Source: Octopus vulgaris (taxonomy: Eukaryota). Taken from it: DNA of 64,000 bases. The notes below the pieces were generated by a model. That model did no database searches. It had not been told where the DNA came from and saw only the letters and a program-made list of their open reading frames with translations. Location of the stretch: the NCBI GenBank assembly GCA_951406725.2, contig OX597818.1, forward strand, positions 3,286,001 to 3,350,000, in the 5' to 3' direction. The position numbers and the translations under genes are program-made. This document shows, piece after piece, positions 54,954-64,000 of this stretch (position 1 is its first letter; each line of letters begins with the position of its first letter).

Positions 54954-57900
54954 TAATAATAATGTTCGTCCTTCGGTTCGAAGATGACCAACTGACATCA
55001 TCTGATGGAACTGCCGCCATGAGACTGGAGGTGGCTGGTGAGGCCAATACGGGCAAGGAAGCCCCTCCCACAGGTGGGGCAGAAGTGGGTAGGGGCAGTG
55101 CTACTGGTGCAGGCGGCTCTGACTTTACGCATCTGACGTTTCTGCTCCGCTGACCGAATCCGTCCCTCCTCGGCTGTCCCTGCTCCCACGGTGATTGCGC
55201 TGCGCCAGGATGAGCGGTTGGCAGCAAGTGTCTCCCAGGTCTCTGTTCCGATGGAGAAGTCTTTGAGAGAGACCTTGAGACTATCCTTGTAGCGCTTTTT
55301 CTGCCCTCCGACTTTGCGCCTGCCCTGGCCGAGTTCACCGTAGAAGAGCTGTTTTGGGATGCGAGTGTCGGACATGCGGGAGACGTGGCCCGCCCATCTC
55401 AGCTGGGCCTTGCGCATGATTGTGATGGTGCTAGGGAGATCTGCCTGCTTCAGAACTTCCGTGTCTGGGACTTTGTCCTGCCAGCGGATGTGAAGGAGAT
55501 TCCGAAGACACCTGAGATGGAAGTGGTTTATCTGGCGCTCGTGCCTTCGGTAAGCAGTCCACGTCTCGCAGCCGTATAGTAGGGTGGTAAGCACGACTGC
55601 CCGGTAGACTTTCAGCTTGGTGTTGAGGCTGATTCCTCTCCGCTCCCAGACTTTCTTTCGCAGTCTCCCAAACGCGCTGCTTGCCTTGGAGATTCTGTTG
55701 ATGGTTTCAGCATCTATGTTGGCATTGCAGGAGAGAGTGCTGCCCAGGTAGGTGAAGTTTTCCACCACTCGTAGGATCCGTCCGTTCACCCTTATCTGAG
55801 GCTCATGGTATTGTTTGCCGGGGGCTGGCTGAAACATCACTTCAGTTTTCTTTGCACTGATGGTGAGACCGAAGTTGTCACAGGCTGATGAGAACCTGTC
55901 CATCTCGAGCTGCATCTCCTGCTCATCGATTGCATTAAGGGCGCAGTCGTCAGCAAAGAGAAAGTCTCTGACGACTGTCTCCCTCACCTTTGTGACAGCC
56001 TGCAATCTCCTGGAGTTGAAAAGTTTCCCGTCTGTCCTGTACTTGATGTTGATACCGGACTTGCAGTCCCTAAAGGCGTCGGACATCATTGCCGAGAACA
56101 TGATGCTGAACAGTGTTGGGGCCAGGACACAGCCCTGCCTGACTCCGTTGGTCACCTGGAAGGCTTCAGATGAGTCGCCGTCTTCAAGGATTCTGGCTGT
56201 CATTCCGTCGTGGAACTGGCGGACAATTGCAATAAATTTGCTGGGGCAACCAAATTTTCCCATGACCTTCCATAGTCCCTCCCGACTGACTGTATCAAAG
56301 GCCTTGGTGAGGTCAACAAAGGTCATGCAGAGGTCAAGGTGCTGCTCCATGCATTTCTCCTGGAGCTGGCGGGTGGCGAATATCATGTCAGTGGTCCCTC
56401 GACCCGCACGGAAGCCACACTGGCTCTCAGGGAGAAGGCCTTGCTCCAAGTGTTCCAGAAGGCGGTCAAGCAGGACCCGGGCCAGGATCTTGCCTGCTAT
56501 GGACAAGAGGGAAATACCTCGGTGGTTGTCGCAGGACTGCCGATCTCCTTTCCGCTTATAAATGTGAACGATTGTTGCATCCCGGAAATCTTGAGGGAGT
56601 TGTTCCCTGTCCCACATCGACTGGAACAGGCTGGTGAGCTGACTGATCATGGTGGGGCCGCCCGACTTGAACACCTCTGCAGGGATGGCGTCAGAGCCTG
56701 GAGCTTTGCCGGTGGACATTTTTTTGATGGCTCTGCTCACTTCCTCGACTGCAGGGGGAACAGCCAACTCGTGGTTTGTCGGCACCTGGGGGAGTCGTGC
56801 GATGGCTTCCTCGTTGATCTGAGCTGGTCGGTTGAGCACGATGTTGAAGTGCTCCGCCCATCTCTCCAGGATCAGCCTCTTGTTAGTCAGGAGTGAGGTT
56901 CCATCTGAGCTGAGCAGGGGGGTTGATCCAAAGGAGAACTGCGGTCCATAGACAGCTTTCAGCGCCTCGTAGAATTTCTTGGTGTCGTGTTTGTCTGCGT
57001 ATCCCTGAATCTCATCCGCCTTGGCGCTTAACCATGCGTCTTGCATGAGGCGGAGTTTAGCCTGGACTGTGCTGCGAATGTTGTTGAAAGCGGCCTTCTT
57101 TGCCGTGCAGGTGGTGTCATTTTGGTGAGCCCGCAGCAGACGGCGTTTCTCTTCCAGGAGCTTTTGGATTTCCTGGTCGTTTTCGTCGAACCAGTCCTGG
57201 TGGTTCCTCGTAATTTGGCCCAGAGTTTCAAGGGCGATGGAATGAACCGTGTCCCTGAATGATTCCCACTGCTCATCGATGCTGGACTGGTCACTCCGAA
57301 TGTCCAACAGCTTACTGTCCATACGTGACTGAAGATCTTGTGCAGTCAGCTGGTTCTTTAATTTCGTGATGTTAAGCTTCCTCGTCACTTTCTGACCCTG
57401 TGGTCTTCTCTTAGGTCGGATGTAGAAATCCATCCTGGAGATGATGAGGCGATGGTCCGTCCAGCAGTCAGCTCCGCACATGGCTTTGACCAGTCTCACG
57501 TCCCGCCTGTCTTTCGCCCTGACGATGACGTAATCTATCAGATGCCAGTGTTTGGAGCGTGGATGCATCCATGATGTCTTGTTGCGTGTTGGCAGACGGA
57601 ACAAGGTGTTGGCGATGGTAAGATCATGAGAGGCACACGCACGCAGGAGGAGCTGTCCGTTGCTGTTGCACTTTCCGATTCCTTGCTTTCCCAGTACGCG
57701 ATGCCAGGCTTGGTGGTCAGTCCCGACACGGGCGTTAAAATCCCCAAGGAGGATGAGCTTCCCAGGCTGGGCTGACGTGATGAGGGAGTCGAGTTCCTCA
57801 TAGAACCTGTCCTTAACTTCTTCAGGGTTGGTCATGGTGGGGGCGTAAGCACTGATGATGGTCGCACTAGTCTTGTTTCCAAGTGGGAGCTGCATCTTCA

Positions 57901-58932
57901 TCAGCCGATCGTTGATACCCTCGGGGGGGCTTTCCAGTTTCCGCACGTGTACTGACTTAATGGCAAAACCAACACCAGCCTCACGACGCTCTTCGCTGCT
58001 GCGACCACTCCAAAAGAAAGTGTAGCCGCCGCCTGTCTCTGTCAGCTGGCCTTTGTCCGCAAGGCGGGTCTCGCTCAGTGCTGCAATATCGACACTGTAT
58101 CGGCTCAGTTCTCTGGCCACCAGGGCAGTTCGTCTCTCTGGTCTGTCCGCTTTGGTGTTGTCAAGCAGAGTTCTCACGTTCCAAGTTGCGAAAGTGAGCA
58201 CCTTTGTTTGTTTTCTTCTTTCTTTGTTTCGACCGCTTGGAAAGGATCCCCGCCAGCCGCGGTTTGCTGACCAGGGTGAGGTGAGGCAGGCTATGTTTAG
58301 GGCAACCTTTTCTAGCCCCGTCCTCATGCTGGGGAGGCGAGCAGAGCGATCCTGAAGAGGGCTGCTCGGTCACTCAGGAGGCTGCTGGACTCCACTGCTG
58401 CCTCAGTTCAGTGAGGGGCGACCACATGTCCTGAGCCGCCTGTGTGTGGGTTCACGACTGCAACTCCCAGTGTATCCTCACCTGCTACTTCGCCGTTTCC
58501 CCATCGCCACAGGACTTTGGGATGGTGTCATGGCGTCATGATGTCGTGACATGCGCGTGACTTGGATTATAGTGAGGGTGACTTGCGCAGGATCAGCCTC
58601 ACTCTCTCGTCCTGGTGCGCCGGATCCAGTGGCAAGACAAAGTCAAGACGACTGGGGGTAGACCAAGATGCAGGAGCTGCCGGAAGGTGGCACGCATGGC
58701 GCAATCCAACCGCCTTAGGGGCTCCACTCCGGATTTTGGATGGCCATTGACTCATGAGAGAGTTCCTCTGCCCTTTGACAGGTTTTGTTTTTAGTCCTGC
58801 TGGGTGTCCAAATCACCCACCTCACCAAGAAATCTTGGTAGGGTTGCCAGTTTAGTCGCCAACGACCCGACCATGTAACAGGTTGTACTGGGTTACATGT
58901 TACCAGTAGCTCCAAGCGGAGACCTGACATGA
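54954..58932 (-). mobile_element. Full-length intact RTE (BovB-like) LINE
   Basis: 10-bp TSD acactcatac (54944-54953/58933-58942), (ATT)n tail, ~600-nt 5' UTR, single intact ORF. Confidence 0.96.
54998..58327 (-). CDS. RTE polyprotein: APE endonuclease + reverse transcriptase + C-terminal C2H2 finger, 1109 aa
   Basis: [27 protein letters not shown]; [35 protein letters not shown]; [13 protein letters not shown]. Confidence 0.96.
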   Translation of the reverse strand: MRTGLEKVALNIACLTSPWSANRGWRGSFPSGRNKERRKQTKVLTFATWNVRTLLDNTKADRPERRTALVARELSRYSVDIAALSETRLADKGQLTETGGGYTFFWSGRSSEERREAGVGFAIKSVHVRKLESPPEGINDRLMKMQLPLGNKTSATIISAYAPTMTNPEEVKDRFYEELDSLITSAQPGKLILLGDFNARVGTDHQAWHRVLGKQGIGKCNSNGQLLLRACASHDLTIANTLFRLPTRNKTSWMHPRSKHWHLIDYVIVRAKDRRDVRLVKAMCGADCWTDHRLIISRMDFYIRPKRRPQGQKVTRKLNITKLKNQLTAQDLQSRMDSKLLDIRSDQSSIDEQWESFRDTVHSIALETLGQITRNHQDWFDENDQEIQKLLEEKRRLLRAHQNDTTCTAKKAAFNNIRSTVQAKLRLMQDAWLSAKADEIQGYADKHDTKKFYEALKAVYGPQFSFGSTPLLSSDGTSLLTNKRLILERWAEHFNIVLNRPAQINEEAIARLPQVPTNHELAVPPAVEEVSRAIKKMSTGKAPGSDAIPAEVFKSGGPTMISQLTSLFQSMWDREQLPQDFRDATIVHIYKRKGDRQSCDNHRGISLLSIAGKILARVLLDRLLEHLEQGLLPESQCGFRAGRGTTDMIFATRQLQEKCMEQHLDLCMTFVDLTKAFDTVSREGLWKVMGKFGCPSKFIAIVRQFHDGMTARILEDGDSSEAFQVTNGVRQGCVLAPTLFSIMFSAMMSDAFRDCKSGINIKYRTDGKLFNSRRLQAVTKVRETVVRDFLFADDCALNAIDEQEMQLEMDRFSSACDNFGLTISAKKTEVMFQPAPGKQYHEPQIRVNGRILRVVENFTYLGSTLSCNANIDAETINRISKASSAFGRLRKKVWERRGISLNTKLKVYRAVVLTTLLYGCETWTAYRRHERQINHFHLRCLRNLLHIRWQDKVPDTEVLKQADLPSTITIMRKAQLRWAGHVSRMSDTRIPKQLFYGELGQGRRKVGGQKKRYKDSLKVSLKDFSIGTETWETLAANRSSWRSAITVGAGTAEEGRIRSAEQKRQMRKVRAACTSSTAPTHFCPTCGRGFLARIGLTSHLQSHGGSSIR

Positions 58933-60194
58933 ACACTCATACACATACACGCACGCACGCGTTATATTCATACATACATACATCTACATACATTCACATA
59001 TATACACATACGTACGCGTACCTACAGATTCATGTCTACACGCTTACACATACATACCTCAATACACCCACAGAAGACTAGTCCATACATATACACCAAT
59101 AAATATATATACACACATCCATATACACCTACATACAAATACATACATATATATATATATGTATATATACGTATATACACATACATATACATACACCCAT
59201 ACATACATACATATATACACATACACACACCCACACATATACATATACATACATATACGCGCATACATACACATACATATACATACATATACATATATAT
59301 ATATACATATATACATATATATATATACATATACATACATATACATGTACATACATACATATACATATATACACACACACACATACATACACATATACAT
59401 ACACACACATACACATATACATGCGTACCCATACACACACACACACGCGCATCCATATATACACATAAGTACACACATGCGTAAAAGTATACATATATCT
59501 ACACATATGCTTACACATACACACACACGCGCCTCCTTATGTTCATATACTTACATGCATACTCAAAAAATAAATAATAAAATATATATATATATGTGCA
59601 GTTATTCATATACATACATGCATACTCAAAAAATAAATAATAAATATTAAGTATATATACGTGCAGTTACCTATTATACAGACGGATACATACATATAAA
59701 AACTGCACGTATATATACTTAATATTTATTATTTATTTTTTGAGTATGCATGTATGTATATGAATAACTGCACATATATATATATATTTTATTATTTATT
59801 TTTTGAGTATGCATGTAAGTATATGAACATAAGGAGGCGCGCGCGTGTGTGTGTATGTGTAAGCATATGTATAGATATATGTATACTTTTACGCATGTGT
59901 GTACTTATGTGTATATATGGATGCGCGCGTGTGGGTGTGTGTATAGGTACGCATGTATATGTGTATGTGTGTGTATGTATATGTGTATGTATGTGTGTGT
60001 GTATATATGTATATGTATGTATGTACATGTATATGTATGTATATGTATATATATATATGTATATATGTATATATATATATATGTATATGTATGTGTATGT
60101 ATGCGCGTATATGTATGTATATGTATATGTGTGGGTGTGTGTATGTGTATATATGTATGTATGTATGGGTGTATGTATATGTATGTATATATAC

Positions 60195-60236
<42 letters not shown>

Positions 60237-60692
60237 TTGTATGTAGGTGTATATGGATGTGTGTATATATATTTATTGGTGTATATGTATGGACTAGTCT
60301 TCTGTGGGTGTATTGAGGTATGTATGTGTAAGCGTGTAGACATGAATCTGTAGGTACGCGTACGTATGTGTATATATGTGAATGTATGTAGATGTATGTA
60401 TGTATGAATATAACGCGTGCGTGCCTGTATGTGTATGAGTGTACGAATGAGTGAGTGTGCGTGCGAATGAGTGTGCGTGCGAATGAGTGTGCGTGCGTGA
60501 GTGAGTGCTTGTGTTCGAGTAGAAAGATAAATGGACTTGCTGTCGTCCCCAGGGGGACGATAGCCAAGATGCTTGTGACCCGCGGTCAAAGATAACAAAA
60601 GTAATAAATGAAGATAATAATAAAATTAAAATTAGGGAATGGGTTTGTATTTGTATGTATATGTGTGTATGTGTAGGTATGTATAGGTACAC

Positions 60693-60746
<54 letters not shown>

Positions 60747-60950
60747 ATATATGGACTTATGTGTGCATGTGTGTATGTAGATATGTGTGTGTATGTGTGT
60801 ATATGTATGTGTGTGTATGTATATATTTTTGTGTGTATATGTATGTGTGGGCGTGTGTGTATATATACATGTGTGTGTGTATGTGTGTGTGCATATGTAT
60901 GTATATATATATATATATATGTATATGTATATATATATATGTGTATATGT

Positions 60951-60984
<34 letters not shown>

Positions 60985-61253
60985 GTGTGTGTATATGTAT
61001 GTGTGTATGTATATGTGTGTGTGTGTGTGTGTATATTTATACATATGTGTATATGTATAAGTGAGAATCTCCTTATTTACCTAAAACTCTATTCTTCTAT
61101 ATATTTTTTTATTCTTTTATCTAATTTACCACTGACTCCTTGTCCACTCCCCCAAGTATGATATTTTTGCGTTATGCCTACCCCCAAAAAGTCCCCCCAC
61201 CACCCCTTTAAACCTGCCTAAATGTATAAATGCCAATACAATTCTTGTTAACT

Positions 61254-61304
61254 AGCTTCCTGATGATTTCTCTTGAATGAAACAGTTCTAGTCCTGTAGA
61301 AGCT
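61254..61304 (+). ncRNA. Type I hammerhead ribozyme, right arm
   Basis: agcttc-CTGATGA-t-ttc(tctt)gaa-t-GAAA-cag(ttctagtc)ctg-TA-gaagct; predicted cleavage after GUA at 61298. Confidence 0.8.
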
Positions 61305-61387
61305 CCTTCTATATAATAAATTAATTTTACTCTGCTATGTATTGAGTACCTTATTTACTGTGGTTAACCCCGAATCAACCCGGGACC

Positions 61388-61435
<48 letters not shown>

Positions 61436-61438
<3 letters not shown>

Positions 61439-64000
61439 CAGGACAAAGATCCCGTTCCTAACAGGACAAAGATCCCGTTCCTGAGAGACTTTGTTGCATG
61501 CAATCAAGCCTTATGCATAGCACTTACAGAAACGCACCTGAAACCGGACATAGCAGATGCGGAGTTACACATACCACAGTATGCTGTACTACGGACCGAC
61601 AGGAAAGAAAGGAGTCATGGAGGTGTTGCTATGTACATCCGTGAGGACCTCACACCCCAGGTCCTCTTGTCATACTCAAACTCGGTGTGTGACACACTAA
61701 TTGTACATATTAGGCAACTTGATGTAGTTGTGTGTGCTACATACCGCCCTCCAGATGCCCCAAGCCATGTGGGCAAGTTTGAAGACTGCCTTATAAAAAT
61801 AGAAGAAGTTCTAACCACATTAGAACAACAAATAAGTGTACTTCTTATGGGAGACTTCAATCTGCCAAATGTCAGATGGCCCGAGGGCCTTTCTCTCCCA
61901 GGAATGACAAGATGTGAACGAGGACAGGCGAGGTCCCTCCTGAACCTCATCAACACCCTGTACATGGAGCAGGTAATACTCCAACCAACCAGGGCAGGTA
62001 ACACACTGGATCTCTGCTTCACAAATGACATGGATCTCATCCATAATGTGAAAGTGACACCGACACTACTCTCGAATCACAACATGATAGAGCTGACCAT
62101 GTACGGGCCAAAAGAGAGCACGGACATGCAGCCTACAAGAAACCCTCAAAATCTTTCCAGCTTGAACTACCATAAGGCAAACTGGAAACAAATTGAGAAA
62201 GAGATCCTCAAACAAAACTGGCCTAAATGTCTCTCCTCGCCAGACATCGACGTGAAACTTCAACAATTCATGTCTGTAATGCAAGCCATATGCTACAAAT
62301 GTGTCCCAGAGAGAAAGGCCACTGTACACAAGAACAAAATCCCCAGAGAGAGGAAAATTTTAATGAGACGGCGTACGAAATTTTCAAATCGCCTAAACAA
62401 ACAGATTGAAAGCAGTGAAAAGTCCCGCCTAAAAATAAAACTGTTGGAAATCGAAAAATGTCTGCAACTCTCCCATGAAAAAGAAAGAGCAGACAAAGAA
62501 GCCTGCAGACAAAGACCACTGCAGTTCCTCTTTCAGAGCTTCCTTGCAGCTGGCAAACTTCCAGGAAAACTGAAGGAAGGTAAAATATGCCCCATTCATA
62601 AAGGAGGTAGCAGAGCGGAAGCCAAGAACTATAGACCTATCTCTCTGACCTCACACATCAGCAAGGTCATGGAACGAATAGTCAGAAGGAAGCTGATCAC
62701 CTTCCTTGAAGAGAATGACTTACTGCCCGACACCCAACATGGTTTCCGACCAGGGAGAAGCTGTTTAACTCAGCTCCTACAACACTATGACTGGGTGCTG
62801 AAACGGCTGCTCAACCACTCAAATGTGGAAGTGATATATCTCGACTTTGCAAAGGCCTTTGATAAAGTCGATCATGGAATGATATATCACAAACTGCGTG
62901 ATCTCAACATAGTTGGAAAACTGGGAGAATGGCTTCATGACTTTCTGAAGGATAGAAGTCAGGTGGTAGTAGCCAATGGGGCCACCTCCATTAACACACA
63001 AATAGTGAGCGGTGTTCCGCAGGGCACTGTTCTGGGACCACTACTGTTCATAATGGCCCTCTCAGACATGCCCTCAGCCACGCAGAGAGCCACGATCACA
63101 AGTTATGCAGATGATACAAAAGTTTCACAGGCAATACAGAACCCTGAGGACACTAAACACCTGCAATGTGAGCTGGACGAAATATACAAGTGGGCTGAAA
63201 AGAATAGCATGCAGTTCAATGCTGGAAAGTTTCAAGCTTTATACTATCAGCATGCAAAACTGAATGCAATACCCAATGAATACACTGGACCCGGAGGGAT
63301 TGCAATCCCAGAGGCACAATCAGTGCGTGACCTGGGTATTCACATGAGTGATGACGCGACCTTTCATGTACATGTTGCTAAACTGACAATGAAATGTAGA
63401 CGGCTGGCTGGATGGATTCTTAGAACCTTTAGAACAAGAGAACAAGAAACCATGATGGTCCTCTGGAAGACACTTGTCCTAAGCCACTTTGACTATTGCT
63501 CTCAGCTATGGTCACCATCCAGTGTCAAGTTGATCACAGAACTTGAGGCGATCCAACGAAGCTACACAAAGAAGATAGCCTCTATGCAGAATGTAAGCTA
63601 CTGGGAAAGACTCAAGAGATTAAAATTATATTCCCTGGAGCGTAGGCGGGAAAGATATGCCATAATATACATCTGGAAGATCCTGGAGGGAAGTGTCCTG
63701 AACTTTGGCATCGAGAGTTACGCAAATGCCAGAACTGGGCGCCACTGCGTGGTGCCTAGGACTCCAAACCTGCCATCAAGATGTAGGACAAGATTCTGTG
63801 ATAGCCTGGGCTTCCGAGGCCCACAGCTCTTCAATATCCTCCCGAAGAACCTGAGAGACCTGCATGGGGTGGATACAGATGTCTTTAAAATGAAGCTGGA
63901 TCTCTTCCTGTCAGGTGTCCCAGATGAACCAACTTCACGGCAGGAGGGGCAGATGAGGGCAGCTGCATCGAACTCTCTCATGCACCAAATAGCAGTTGCT
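61436..64000 (+). mobile_element. Young CR1-group LINE ORF2 (EN+RT), frame apparently open from 61460 to the window end
   Basis: ALTETHL, YRPP, GDFN, NTLDL, SNH; NYRPISLTS, QHGFR, DFAKAFDKV, GVPQG, YADD. EN and RT share one frame and the ORF track shows no stop-terminated ORF in it. Confidence 0.9.

Larger units (their letters stand above)
54077..61321. repeat. Large inverted repeat: left arm 54077-59668 (interrupted by RTE), 32-bp spacer 59669-59700, right arm 59701-61321
   Basis: Unique blocks are near-perfect reverse complements (54090-54350 vs ~61060-61310; 54757-54953 vs ~60433-60645; 59000-59668 vs 59701-60370). Confidence 0.93.

Noticed and set aside
55385-58355. Plus-strand ORFs up to 233 aa overlapping the RTE (likewise 1403-2077 over HERO)
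   Set aside because: Antisense shadows of a GC-rich coding strand; no motifs
54954-58932. GC-rich island suggesting bacterial contamination or a retron/group II RT
   Set aside because: APE+RT architecture, TSD and tail identify a eukaryotic RTE LINE integrated in host DNA

Overview
AT-rich, microsatellite- and transposon-saturated animal DNA. It is most consistent with an octopod cephalopod; this is an inference from the [17 protein letters not shown]2H2 array, the tRNA-derived SINE families, the RTE/Penelope content and the (TA)n/(TATG)n load. Only two host-gene candidates are visible, both on the minus strand: a 16-finger C2H2 zinc-finger gene (6377-7867) and an orphan Ser/Asp-rich coding exon (33187-33961). 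The rest is nested mobile DNA: HERO- and R4-like RLE LINEs, mariners, a Neptune-like Penelope, Gypsy relics plus a two-LTR non-autonomous element and a solo LTR, many RTE fragments, one intact full-length RTE with a TSD, a CR1-group LINE, Helitron ends, SINEs and a 5S rRNA pseudogene. The least expected signals are RNA-level. (i) A 1.07-kb insertion flanked by a 13-bp TSD is built from permuted, partly inverted copies of a 358-nt non-coding monomer, each carrying a minimal hammerhead ribozyme (retrozyme/circular-RNA-like). (ii) A ~7.2-kb palindrome has an intact hammerhead at each outer end, and one arm has captured the intact RTE. (iii) A head-to-tail HERO arrangement carries a TATA+Inr in its repeated 3' region, placed upstream of the next ORF. 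Coordinates were read by eye; boundaries of degenerate repeats are approximate.
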